From assembly GCA_050951325.1 (NCBI GenBank), contig JBMNIW010000011.1, positions 86,190 through 150,189 of the forward strand: a stretch of 64,000 bases of DNA, written 5' to 3'. This DNA is from Clostridia bacterium (GTDB lineage Bacteria; Bacillota; Clostridia; UBA1212; DUPL01). Positions 38,242 to 48,663 of this stretch are shown piece after piece. Made by a program: the position numbers and the translations under genes. Position 1 is the first letter of the stretch. Every line of letters starts with the position of its first letter. Under the pieces are notes generated by a model. It was not told the DNA's origin and did no database searches. It saw nothing but the letters and a program-made list of their open reading frames with translations.

Positions 38242-38315
38242 CCTGTCGATCATAGCATTATGCTTTAGATACATGGCTTTGCGTCTCCACCTTTCGGAGG
38301 ATTTGCCTTTTGTAT
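38235..38315 (-). ncRNA. c-di-GMP-I (GEMM) riboswitch
   Basis: Minus strand AAAGGCAAA-TCCTCC-GAAA-GGTGGA-GACGCAAAGCC-ATGTATCTAA-AGCATAATGCT-ATGATCGACAGGCTGC shows the GGCAAA / GAAA tetraloop / GACGCAAAG / CTAA...ATG receptor pattern; the downstream operon contains an EAL gene. Confidence 0.92.
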
Positions 38316-38341
38316 AAGTTTACATTTTGATCTACTCATTG

Positions 38342-39268
38342 TCAATACCCTTGAATAAATTTTTTGATAATTTCTTTTTTTACTTTTCTTTCCTTTATAA
38401 TTTCATCTTTAACATTCCCGAACAACATCTCTCCAAGGGGATCATGTTTTATAAATCTTGCCTTGCAACTGTCAATACTGTAATTGGCGTAACAGTATAT
38501 ACATCCATTCATACATGTATTATACACACCAATATCGATACTCTCCACGCATCCGCAGTTTTTTCTCTGGCTTCTGTCTTGTTTAACGTTCAAGCCATAT
38601 CCACATATGGACTCAACCAGCTCCTTGTCAATGCAACTTGACTTCTGTATACCATATGCGGTCAAATCCAGTTCTTCACAACAAGCTTTTGGAGCAAGAC
38701 CATATTCTCTTGCAGTTTTACCCATGAACTCAGAAAGTTCGAAAATCTCCTCAATTGCAATGTCACGAACATAATCACTTTTAATCTTTGAGTACCTGTC
38801 TACATAACTGACTACAACGATTTTTGTGTGTGAAGCCAATCTTTCACAAAGATATGCAAACTGTCTCTTGTGATAATCAATATCAATATAATGTGCAAGA
38901 AGAACAGGGTCGTATCTCCACACAACCTTATCCTTGCCTATCATTTCAGACAGCTCGATGAACGTTTTGACTACATCATTCTTGTCTCGCATGTTTCGTT
39001 CAATATCCTTACCGTAAGGCGTAAGTGTAAACTGAAAATAGTATTTGTAACCCATGTCATCTACTTCGGAAAGATACGGGAGAAAGTTTTTAGGATCCTT
39101 TGTCCAGAACACAATACAGTCCACCACATCACTCCCAAGAGGTGTTTTGTACACCTGAGAATGATTGAAAGGGTTCCTTACGAGCACGTATCCTTCTTTC
39201 AGTCTGTTTAAAAACCACTGTCCGTAGTGACAGGGAATGTCGGTCCACCTTGATGCAGATATTATCAT
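38342..39268 (-). CDS. DUF1848 family protein
   Basis: MIISASRWTDIP, VFWTKDP, WRYDP, CGCVESIDIGVYNTCMNGCIYCYAN; true start at 39268. Confidence 0.9.
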   Translation of the reverse strand: MIISASRWTDIPCHYGQWFLNRLKEGYVLVRNPFNHSQVYKTPLGSDVVDCIVFWTKDPKNFLPYLSEVDDMGYKYYFQFTLTPYGKDIERNMRDKNDVVKTFIELSEMIGKDKVVWRYDPVLLAHYIDIDYHKRQFAYLCERLASHTKIVVVSYVDRYSKIKSDYVRDIAIEEIFELSEFMGKTAREYGLAPKACCEELDLTAYGIQKSSCIDKELVESICGYGLNVKQDRSQRKNCGCVESIDIGVYNTCMNGCIYCYANYSIDSCKARFIKHDPLGEMLFGNVKDEIIKERKVKKEIIKKFIQGY

Positions 39269-39355
39269 TCTATCAATTCTTCTCCCCTGTTGTTGATATC
39301 TACTCACAGACAGTATATACTTTTTTTGTATTTTACGAAAGTCCGAGGTGATAAC

Positions 39356-40459
39356 ATGAAGGAAGTTCATCCAAAAACAGTTCATGGTATTGTAAACAGA
39401 CGTACAGGAACTTTCTCCTACCAGGCATGGCCTACAATATGCAGGAATGACAAGGGAGAGCTTTTTGTCGTCTACTCCGGCATGAGAATAGGTCATATCT
39501 GTCCCTTTGGAAAAACCATATTGCAAAAGAGTTCCGATAGCGGCAATACATGGTCAATGCCTGTCATCGTAAACGACAGTGCCCTGGATGACAGAGACGC
39601 TGGCATTGTAAGTCTGGGAGAAGAAAAACTGCTTGTCACCTGGTTCTGCCATCCAGCAAGGATGTATTTGGAAGACTACTACGAAAGTATCAGGATGACA
39701 GGAACAGAATATGAGAGTACAATCTCCATGATGCAGCTGGAAACATTCAAGGATCTCGAGAGAGAAGAAGGTGCGGGCGGCTCGTTTATTCGAATCAGTA
39801 AAGATAACGGTATGACTTTCGGTGACGCTATAAAAGTCCCGGTATCCTCTCCCCATGGTCCTAATATACTGTCAGACGGAACTATTGCCTACCTTGGCAA
39901 ATCCATGTATACGGATCAGGAAGAAGACGGAGTAATCGCACTATACACAAGCAGTGACGGAGGAGCAACCTGGACACGAAAGTCATACATAGACCTTCCC
40001 GAGGGATACTCCTTTGACAACTTTCACGAGCCTCACATCCTTGAACTTTCAAAGGGTGTTCTTCTCGGGGCAATCAGGTGCCAGTCCACTCCCAAAGACA
40101 AAGACCAAAACATGTTTACCGTCTTTACCTACTTCTCCTATGACAGCGGTAACACGTGGACCGTTCCTAAGCCTACCCATTTGAAAGGCTCTCCCCCTCA
40201 TTTGATGCTGCACTCCTCTGGCGCAGTAATAATGAGTATTGGCAGAAGAGTAGCGCCTTTTGGCATCAGGACGGTTGTCAGCTATGATGGCGGAAATACA
40301 TGGCAGGATGAGTATATCCTAAAAGACGATGCTCCTGATTGGGATCTTGGATATCCTGCAACTACAGAGCTGGATGACGGTTCTCTAATCACAGTGTATT
40401 ACATGAAATGCAAAGGAGACAGAAAAACCTCCATTCTGTATACAAAATGGAGGCTTTAA
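39356..40459 (+). CDS. BNR/Asp-box sialidase-family protein (cytoplasmic)
   Basis: Asp boxes SSDSGNTW, SKDNGMTF, SSDGGATW, SYDSGNTW, SYDGGNTW; DLGYP; start at 39356 behind GAGGTG. Confidence 0.85.
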   Translation: MKEVHPKTVHGIVNRRTGTFSYQAWPTICRNDKGELFVVYSGMRIGHICPFGKTILQKSSDSGNTWSMPVIVNDSALDDRDAGIVSLGEEKLLVTWFCHPARMYLEDYYESIRMTGTEYESTISMMQLETFKDLEREEGAGGSFIRISKDNGMTFGDAIKVPVSSPHGPNILSDGTIAYLGKSMYTDQEEDGVIALYTSSDGGATWTRKSYIDLPEGYSFDNFHEPHILELSKGVLLGAIRCQSTPKDKDQNMFTVFTYFSYDSGNTWTVPKPTHLKGSPPHLMLHSSGAVIMSIGRRVAPFGIRTVVSYDGGNTWQDEYILKDDAPDWDLGYPATTELDDGSLITVYYMKCKGDRKTSILYTKWRL

Positions 40460-40460
40460 T

Positions 40461-42933
40461 CTAGATTGTTCCAAGTATGTATCTTCTTGCAAAGAACTTC
40501 ATACTTCCCATTCGTTTTCTTTCAATATTCGCAAAGTCGTTGTATGTGTCAAGCATTGCCTTTGCATCCTGCTTATCAATGGAATCCCGAGAGTATCTAG
40601 CCTTGTTAAACAGCAGGGCTGCCCTCTTGTAAACTTCCCGCATTCCCTCGGCTTCAAAGAAACCACTGTTCTCAAGGAGATGTTCATACTCCGGAAGGGT
40701 AAAGGATGGATTCCTCTTGACATAATATCGTCCTATGACCTTCTCCATCCGTTTGAATACATAGATAACATAGCTTCTGCTGTCCATTTTGGTGATTTTA
40801 CCGAAGAACCATTTTACTCTCAATACCATAACAGATACACACAGGGCAATGACAGCCAAAACCATAAGCATTATCTTCAAGAACTTGATTATTGCTTCGT
40901 TAAAAACCGGTGTCGGGTCATCAACATCATCATCAGGTGTTGGACTTGGTTTAGGAGAAGCTGTTACCGGTGCTTCCGTCGGCTCCTCGGTCGGGGTTCC
41001 TTCCACAGTTGGTTCCGGTGTTGGCTCAGGTGTCAGCTCAGGTGTAGGACTTGCATCAGGTACTTCTACAGGATTCGGTCCCTCAAAGGAAGCAGTTGGC
41101 TCAAACTCCACAAATCCTAAACCTTCAAGATACACTTCAGGCCATGCATGCGCATTGGAACCAGGCACATCGAACCTGCCTCCGCCCTGATAGTTCTCAT
41201 CCTTAACTACAAAACCCTCAACGTATCTGGTAGGTACGCCCACACATCTCAATAGAATAGTCATCGCTGTTGCATAGTAGGTGCAGTAGCCTTCCTTTGA
41301 CTCGAACAGGAAATAGTCAACAAAGTCATATCCTTTTGGAACATCTCCTGGTGTAAGGGTATATTTATAGTTGTTTTTCAAATACTGCTCGATTGCTATT
41401 GCCTTCTCGTAATCGGAGTTTGCATTCTTTGTTAACTCATGAGCAAGTACGCGGACCCTGTCAGGCAGGTTAACAGGCAGCTGCAAATATTTCTTGTAAA
41501 ACGCCTTGCTCCTGTTGGATAGATTTATCACGTCGGTGCCAATATCTGCCGGACTTTTCAAGGTTACACTTTCATAGTCAACGTATACGGGGCGTCCCAG
41601 CCACGGGTCGTCAAAGTATCCCTGTCCTGCAAGATTCAATACTTTTTTGTAATATGGCGATGTTTCGTTGTAGACGTACGCTTCTACAAAATATGCACCG
41701 TGTTCGGGAATTGCAAAGTTGTATCTCAACTTTTCATGTCCATCAAGAAACAGTTCCCTAACCTCATTCTGCCATGGAACACCCTTGAAATATACATCTA
41801 CCCTTGTTCTTGAAAAATCTATTCGATAGGTTTTTGACATTGTAAAAAAGTTTCTTGCCCTTAATGGCCTTTCATGTCTCACCAACACATTTATGGTCTT
41901 GTAGTTCTCTCTTTGTTCCAGTATTTCCAAATATGTGTTTACCCCAAGAACCCTTTCCAGCTCAGGCATACGAACCTCAACTGTGCTGGATGATAGCTCT
42001 ATACGGGTATAGGATTGATAGCTGCTCCACTTCCTCCCGTTGTAGTCCTCGTATGCCACGCCTCCCAGATATATTCCGGAGTGGTCGCTGTATACTGTCA
42101 ACATTTTCGCATTGTTTAATTTAACGTCTCCACCTAGTTCACCGGAGTTCCCAAAGCCCATGGAAGACAGATTGAAGATCTCTCCAAGTTCACTTGTCGA
42201 TATCAGAAGGCTTTCCAAACCAACTGTTGAATCTCATCTCCAGGGAGTTTAACAAGCGGTCTGAATAGCTGCCAAGCAGTGGTCCTGCCCCTATGTTGGT
42301 GACAGTCAAAAGCACATATATGAGTATATATGACAGAAACATGTTGAATGTCATCTTGGGCGGCGTTATTATCATCTGCCTGTTTAACTCACTGGCACTC
42401 AGGTAAAGGGATGAATTTCTTTCAAGCATGTAAATTGCGTACAGCGCCACCAGAAGGACAATAAAATTTCCAACAGGAAAACCGTATCCTGCAATTATTA
42501 CACCCGTTACTATTCCCGCCAGGAACAGAAAACACATCAAAAAGCTTGTGTATATTACAATAAAGCTGTACAAGAAGCAGGTAATTCCAAAAACGACAAC
42601 ATATGAAGGTATCCTGCTGTTGCTCATCTTGTAAATCAGCACGGACGGTGACAAGTCTCTGTTTGAAAAAAGAAACAGTATGAACAGGATGAACAATGCA
42701 ACTGCAAAAATATATATTACATATCTAAAGGATTTGTTGTATGTATACAGAAGCAGAATTCCTGTAAAAAAGAACGTATACATCAAGACCTCTATTATGA
42801 ATATAGGTCTTGCCAGTGTATCCATGATGGGAATTAGTACCACAATGGCAATAAAGGTTTGAATCAAACATTTCAAAATTACATCTGTCGGAGACTCTTT
42901 CAGCTCCAGACTTCTCTTAAGCCTGCCTTTCAT
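40461..42933 (-). CDS. Membrane transglutaminase-like protein (TgpA-type), split by a frameshift near 42190-42220
   Basis: TM-rich N-terminal ORF 42190..42933 overlaps ORF 40461..42218, which carries GYCTYYA, AHAWPE, FEPT, a PT linker and a TM helix. Confidence 0.8.
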
Positions 42934-42936
42934 AAA

Positions 42937-44211
42937 TCAAAACGCCTCCAAACTTTCCTGCGTGTCATCTTTAACATTGATTGTCATAAACTTGTGGCAC
43001 AATTCTTTTGCCTTCTCTGCCATTACAAGATCCAACCCGTCGTCTGCAACGTATACCATGGCCACCTTGAAGCCAAAGTGGTTAAGCTCCTTGATTGAGT
43101 ACAGAAGTCTTTCAGTTATGTTTGCAGTAAATATGTAAACTACGGAACGTATGTTGTCGGCTCTTGCTACAAACTCCGACAAAGAGGAATGGCTTTCTAT
43201 ATTGTCCGCATTAAACGGCAGTGATGCCAAAAGATAGTATACGCCGTCAAAATCGGCTTCGTTGTCGCAATACGCTACCTCAATTTCATCACCCTGCGCA
43301 TACATGAAATTGTATGGAATGCGGAGTCCTACAAAAAAGTTACAGACACTGGCACATGCTTCCGACAACTTGTCGACAATCTCAAATCTCGACAAGCTTT
43401 GGCTTTTAAATAACGGTAGTGAGTTGTCAAAAAATATGCACAATCTGCTGCTTTGGGTTGCGTAATATTTTTTACTCATTAGCTTGTTTAGCCTTGATGT
43501 CGCTTTCCAATGTATGGTGCGCATGCTGTCCTGTTCCTGATACTCCCTTATTTCAATGGAATCGGAGTAATCAGTGGAGTCCCTTGCCATCAGCCCCAGT
43601 TGCTCTTCCTCTTTACGTTTTACATCGTCGAAATCCCTAAGAAGGAATATTTCAGGGTACACTGTCAGAGTAATTTTGCCTTTGAACCTTTTACGCCTGT
43701 AGCGAATACCTAAATCATCCCAGACATGTATTGTATCAGCACCAACGGTGTACTGGCCTCTGTAGGGGCAGTGCAATGCATATTTGAATATATTGTGGGA
43801 AAACGATTTGAGTCCGAATACCAGCATTCTGTCATATTCCTTGGGAAGAACTATCCCTTCGTCGATATCTATGTACATTTTGCACACTGGATATGTAAAC
43901 ATAAACCTATTGTATATTTCCGTCTTTATTGTTACTCTGCTGCCTTTCATCGCCTTGAAGTTCCTGTTTTTTAGCTCCTTTACCCAGACTGCGAATCGGG
44001 CGACAAATAGCTTTATATCAGACAATATTAATATCAATCCGATACACACGACAAGAAGATTTATGTATAGATTTCCTATAAACAAACTAACAATCAGGAG
44101 GGCGGAGTACAGTATCCGGAAAACAATAATTAGGAAGCGGGCGGTTTTTGTATATGCCCGTTTCCTGTCCCTTCTCCTATCGCGCCAGATTTCCTTCAAT
44201 GAAATTGTCAT
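42937..44211 (-). CDS. DUF58 protein
   Basis: YRGQYTVG, VYPEI, IREYQEQDSMRTIHWKATSR. Confidence 0.9.
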   Translation of the reverse strand: MTISLKEIWRDRRRDRKRAYTKTARFLIIVFRILYSALLIVSLFIGNLYINLLVVCIGLILILSDIKLFVARFAVWVKELKNRNFKAMKGSRVTIKTEIYNRFMFTYPVCKMYIDIDEGIVLPKEYDRMLVFGLKSFSHNIFKYALHCPYRGQYTVGADTIHVWDDLGIRYRRKRFKGKITLTVYPEIFLLRDFDDVKRKEEEQLGLMARDSTDYSDSIEIREYQEQDSMRTIHWKATSRLNKLMSKKYYATQSSRLCIFFDNSLPLFKSQSLSRFEIVDKLSEACASVCNFFVGLRIPYNFMYAQGDEIEVAYCDNEADFDGVYYLLASLPFNADNIESHSSLSEFVARADNIRSVVYIFTANITERLLYSIKELNHFGFKVAMVYVADDGLDLVMAEKAKELCHKFMTINVKDDTQESLEAF

Positions 44212-44215
44212 ATGC

Positions 44216-45217
44216 CTACATCCCTATGTTTACTTTGCTAAGAATTGATTCAATTACTTCCTCAGGCTGCACACGCCTTATTTTTGCCTCCTTGTTCAGA
44301 ATTATCCTGTGGCAAAGAACCGGAATTGCAGCACTCTTTACGTCTTCAGGCAGCACATAGTTTCTTCCAGCCAAATACGCAAACGCCTGGGATGCACGTC
44401 CTAGTGCAATACTTCCTCTCGGGCTTACACCAAGCAATATGTCCTGGTTGTTTCTTGTTTCATTCGCTACTCCAACTATGTACAATGCCAGACTGTCTTC
44501 TATATGTACATTGCTAACTTCTTCCTGTATTCTCAGGATGTCCTTCTTTGTGGCAACAGGTTTCAACTGTTTTATAAAATGGGAATTCATCTGCTGTTTT
44601 ACAATGTGTGCTTCATCCTGGTTTGAGGGATATCCCATTTGTATTTTCATAAAGAACCTGTCCAGCTGAGCTTCTGGCAGCGGGTAGGTTCCCAAATGCT
44701 CTATGGGGTTCTGGGTTGCCATTACCATGAACGGCTGCTCTATTTTATATGTAACGCCTTCCACTGAAACGCTTCCTTCCTGCATCGCTTCCAGAAGGCT
44801 TGATTGTGTCTTTGGTGATGTTCTGTTAATTTCATCCGCCAAAAGGAAGTTGCAGTCAACCGCCCCCGGCCTGAATTCAAACTCTCCGGTCTTTCTGTTG
44901 TACACTGAAAAACCTGTTATGTCGGACGGTAGTACATCCGGCGTGAAGGATATGCGCTTGAATGTAGCATTTATGCTGGATGCAAGGGAAGATATGAGGC
45001 TTGTCTTTCCAACACCCGGCACGTCCTCAATCAATAGATGCCCCTTGCTTATCAGAGTTATTAACGCAAGTTTGACTGCTTCAGTCTTGCCGACAATGCA
45101 CTTCTCGATGTTCTCAATGATCCTTTCAATTACCTCGTATGAGTTTGAGACTGGGGGCGTTTCAATGTTTTTCAAATCCTTCTTTGCAACTTCCACTTTT
45201 TTCACTCTCCAAATCAA
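44216..45217 (-). CDS. moxR: MoxR-family AAA+ ATPase
   Basis: [61 protein letters not shown]; start may be a GTG slightly downstream. Confidence 0.93.
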   Translation of the reverse strand: MIWRVKKVEVAKKDLKNIETPPVSNSYEVIERIIENIEKCIVGKTEAVKLALITLISKGHLLIEDVPGVGKTSLISSLASSINATFKRISFTPDVLPSDITGFSVYNRKTGEFEFRPGAVDCNFLLADEINRTSPKTQSSLLEAMQEGSVSVEGVTYKIEQPFMVMATQNPIEHLGTYPLPEAQLDRFFMKIQMGYPSNQDEAHIVKQQMNSHFIKQLKPVATKKDILRIQEEVSNVHIEDSLALYIVGVANETRNNQDILLGVSPRGSIALGRASQAFAYLAGRNYVLPEDVKSAAIPVLCHRIILNKEAKIRRVQPEEVIESILSKVNIGM

Positions 45218-46557
45218 TTAAGTTTATTTTTAAGCTCTTTACCCAGGTCTTCATAGCCGGGTTTTCCTAATAGAGCAAACATGTTCTTTTTGTAAGCTTC
45301 AACTCCGGGTTGGTCAAAAGGATTCACTCCCAACAGGTAACCACTTATACCGCACGCCTTTTCAAAGAAGTATACAAGCCATCCAAAGTTGTATTCATTA
45401 ATCTCAGGTATGGAGATTACCAAATTGGGCACTCCACCGTCCTTATGGGCGAGGATTGTTCCTATTGCTGCGTACCTGTTTACCTCATCCATATCCATTC
45501 CTGAAATATAGTTGAGTCCATCCAGATTCTCAGTATCATGCCCTATCGTAAAGGAATGTCTTGGCTTGTCCACAAGGAGTACTGTTTCGAACAATACCCT
45601 CAATCCATCCTGAATATACTGGCCAAGCGAATGCAGGTCTGTGCTGAAGTCAGCGCCTGCAGGAAAAATTCCCTTTTGGTCTTTTCCCTCGCTCTCACCA
45701 TATAATTGCTTCCACCATTCGGTAAAATAGTGGAAGGACGGCTCGTAATTCACCATCAGCTCTATAACCTTGCCCTTTTTGTAAAGCGCATTTCTATATG
45801 CAGCATACTGGTAGCAAGGATTTTTTTCCAGATCGGGATTAAGGTACACCAAACACGCATCCCTTGCGCCTTCCATGATCTTGTCTATATACATTCCTGC
45901 GACGGCAATGGGCAAAAGCCCTACCGCTGTTAAAACGGAATACCTGCCGCCTATGTCATCGGGGATAACAAAGGTTTCGTATCCTTCTTTCTCTGCAAGA
46001 GTTCTTAATGCACCTTTTTGTTTGTCAGTTGTTGCATAAATTCTCCTTGCAGCTTCTTCTCTGCCATACTTCTTTTCCATTTGCTCCTTCAGTATTCTGA
46101 AGGCAATAGCAGGTTCTGTGGTTGTTCCGGATTTTGATATCACATTTATCGAAACATCATAATTTTCAATAAATTCTACAAGTTCATGCATGTACGCAGA
46201 GCTTATGCTGTTTCCTGCAAAAAGGACCATAGGTCCCTTTTTATCCTTCATTCTCTGCAAGTTGTAAAAAGAGCCTGCAAGCATCTCGATGGCAGCTCTT
46301 GCTCCAAGATACGATCCACCTATTCCAACTACAATTAATATATCGGAATCTTCCCTTATTTTCTCACTGCATTTTTTTATTCTTTCAAACTCTACTTTAT
46401 CATAATTTACAGGAAGGTCAACCCATCCTGTAAATTCACTCCCCGCCCCTGTCTTCTCATGAAGTGCCTTATGTGCGGATACAACCATTTCCTTTTGGTT
46501 TTCGATCTCATTGTGTTTAACAAACTGCAGCGCATGGGATGTGTCAAATCTTATCAT
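45214..46557 (-). CDS. pgi: Glucose-6-phosphate isomerase
   Basis: [48 protein letters not shown]. Confidence 0.97.
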   Translation of the reverse strand: MIRFDTSHALQFVKHNEIENQKEMVVSAHKALHEKTGAGSEFTGWVDLPVNYDKVEFERIKKCSEKIREDSDILIVVGIGGSYLGARAAIEMLAGSFYNLQRMKDKKGPMVLFAGNSISSAYMHELVEFIENYDVSINVISKSGTTTEPAIAFRILKEQMEKKYGREEAARRIYATTDKQKGALRTLAEKEGYETFVIPDDIGGRYSVLTAVGLLPIAVAGMYIDKIMEGARDACLVYLNPDLEKNPCYQYAAYRNALYKKGKVIELMVNYEPSFHYFTEWWKQLYGESEGKDQKGIFPAGADFSTDLHSLGQYIQDGLRVLFETVLLVDKPRHSFTIGHDTENLDGLNYISGMDMDEVNRYAAIGTILAHKDGGVPNLVISIPEINEYNFGWLVYFFEKACGISGYLLGVNPFDQPGVEAYKKNMFALLGKPGYEDLGKELKNKLN

Positions 46558-47789
46558 AACATCTCCTCTAAGTTCTCTTTCACTTTATACAGAAATTCCT
46601 CCAGATCAAGCCTGGTCTTCTCAGGTAGTTCGGATATTGAAACAAGGTCTCCGGTCATGTACCCCTGTCCTACTGTACTTAAAACTGCCTCTTCCAGCTT
46701 GCTTGCAAAGGCTTTTAGTTCTTCAAGTCCGTCGAGTTCTCCCCTCTTGTAAAGGGCACCGGTCCATGCAAATATTGTTGCAATGGGGTTTGTTGAGGTT
46801 TTTTCACCCTGCAGGTACCTGTGATAGTGTCTTGTTACAGTTCCGTGAGCCGCCTCGTACTCGTAGTAGCCATGGGGCGACACCAGCACAGATGTCATCA
46901 TTGCCAGGCTTCCAAATGCTGTTGCCAGCATGTCGGAGAAAACGTCTCCATCATAGTTTTTGCATGCCCATACAAATCCACCTTCGGATTTCATTACCCT
47001 GGCTATTGCATCGTCAATAAGGGTGTAGAAATATTCTATGCCGGCTTCCTCAAACTTATCCTTGTATCTTTTCTCATATATGTCATTAAATATGTCCTTG
47101 AACCTGTGATCATATGTTTTTGATATTGTGTCCTTGGATGAAAACCACAAATCCAATTTATTATCCAAGGCATACTCAAAGCAGGAAATCGCAAAACTTT
47201 CAATAGAACTGTCCGTATTGTGGATGCTTTGCACAATGCCGTTTGAATCTTCAAAATCATGCACATCTATATACTTGCTGTTTCCGTTTTTGTCGGTTAT
47301 CTGCAAAACTGCCTTGCTGCCCTTTTCCACGTACGTCTCAACGCCTCCATATACATCGCCATAAGCATGACGGGCAATTACTATTGGCTTTTTCCATCCC
47401 TTTACCAGAGGACTTATTCCATCCACCAGTATTGGTGCTCTGAATACCGTTCCGTCAAGTATAGCCCTTATTGTAGCATTGGGGCTTTTCCACATTTTTT
47501 TAAGTTTGAACTCTTCTACCCTTTGAGCGTTTGCAGTAATGGTCGCGCATTTAACTGCGACACCGTATTTCTTCGTTGCGTTTGCAGCATCAATAGTGAC
47601 CAGATCTTCGGTCTTGTCCCTGTTTTCTATACTTAAATCATAGTAATCTGTTTTCAAGTCAATATATGGAGTTAAAAGGATATCCTTTATCTTTTCCCAT
47701 ATAACCCTGGTCATCTCGTCTCCATCCATCTCAACTAATGGATTTTTCATCTTTATTCTTTTAAAATCCGTCACCATATCAACTCCCAT
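46554..47789 (-). CDS. icd: NADP-dependent isocitrate dehydrogenase
   Basis: [42 protein letters not shown]. Confidence 0.96.
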   Translation of the reverse strand: MGVDMVTDFKRIKMKNPLVEMDGDEMTRVIWEKIKDILLTPYIDLKTDYYDLSIENRDKTEDLVTIDAANATKKYGVAVKCATITANAQRVEEFKLKKMWKSPNATIRAILDGTVFRAPILVDGISPLVKGWKKPIVIARHAYGDVYGGVETYVEKGSKAVLQITDKNGNSKYIDVHDFEDSNGIVQSIHNTDSSIESFAISCFEYALDNKLDLWFSSKDTISKTYDHRFKDIFNDIYEKRYKDKFEEAGIEYFYTLIDDAIARVMKSEGGFVWACKNYDGDVFSDMLATAFGSLAMMTSVLVSPHGYYEYEAAHGTVTRHYHRYLQGEKTSTNPIATIFAWTGALYKRGELDGLEELKAFASKLEEAVLSTVGQGYMTGDLVSISELPEKTRLDLEEFLYKVKENLEEML

Positions 47790-47930
47790 GTTATTAGTTT
47801 TACCAGATTATAATATCAAAAATGTCTATGTTTTACAAGCTGAAAACAGGACATGGCACAATCTATGATAACCACATAATGTTATTGTATGATAGCAATA
47901 TTCATCAAATATCGAGTGAATATATTTTTC

Positions 47931-47959
47931 TTGATTAATGTAAATATTTTGTGTATAAT
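47931..47959 (+). promoter_or_regulatory. Sigma-A promoter of hpf
   Basis: TTGATT-N17-TATAAT. Confidence 0.6.
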
Positions 47960-48066
47960 ATAAATAACTTTAGGATAGGGAGTGATGTATAATATGTAGA
48001 ATAATCCAGCTTAAATTTTTTGTTGGGCATAATCTTGCACTATTGTTTTAGAAGGAGGAACCTAAT

Positions 48067-48612
48067 ATGAACATCAAGTTTAACACAAAAGAATCAAAAA
48101 TTACTGAACACGGCATTGAAACCATGGAAAACAAAATCAACCTCAGGTTCAACAGACTTCTTTCGAATATGTCTGAAGAGGAGTTGAATTTCCATGTTAA
48201 AGTTGTCGACAAGAAATTCCAATACAAGGTTGAGTTGACGTTACCTTATATGGGCTACACGTTGAGAGCGGAAACCTACGACAAGTTAAGCTCTATTGCT
48301 GCTCTTGACAAGGCAATGGATATTATGGAACGTCAGATAGTAAAGGTAAAGACAAAGCTTTCACGTGTAAAAAATCAGGTTCCGGAATTTAAGGGTGCGG
48401 CTCCTGCCACTGGGGAAGATGCCGAGCCTTCAAATTACGAAGTTGTCAGGGTTAAAAGTTATGAAATGAAGCCCATTTCTGTTCAGGAAGCCATCATGAA
48501 TATGAATTTGCTTGGGCACACTTTCTATACTTTTTTGAATAGAGAAACAGACAAAATATCTACAGTTTACAAAAGAAAAGACGGAGATTACGGCCTTATT
48601 GAACCTCAATAA
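48067..48612 (+). CDS. hpf: Long ribosome hibernation promoting factor
   Basis: LRAE...AALDKAMDIMERQIVKVKTK; C-terminal MKPISVQEAIMNMNLLGHTFYTF...VYKRKDGDYGLIEP. Confidence 0.9.
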   Translation: MNIKFNTKESKITEHGIETMENKINLRFNRLLSNMSEEELNFHVKVVDKKFQYKVELTLPYMGYTLRAETYDKLSSIAALDKAMDIMERQIVKVKTKLSRVKNQVPEFKGAAPATGEDAEPSNYEVVRVKSYEMKPISVQEAIMNMNLLGHTFYTFLNRETDKISTVYKRKDGDYGLIEPQ

Positions 48613-48628
48613 GGTTTTACATAAAAAA

Positions 48629-48663
48629 TAAAAGCTGCAGACATGGTCTGCGGCTTTCTTTTT
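48629..48663. terminator. Bidirectional terminator
   Basis: AAAGCTGCAGAC-ATG-GTCTGCGGCTTT. Confidence 0.75.

Noticed and set aside
39269-39526. N-terminal extensions of DUF1848 (to 39526) and the sialidase (from 39290); likewise PHP to 5703 and the hypothetical protein to 54147
   Set aside because: The extensions overlap divergent genes or promoters; family-typical N-termini and RBS positions support the shorter starts
47960-48066. raiA-motif RNA upstream of hpf
   Set aside because: The leader is only ~100 nt and AT-rich, with one weak stem (CCAGC/GTTGG); I could not recognise the large raiA motif, and only an Rfam scan could exclude smaller motifs
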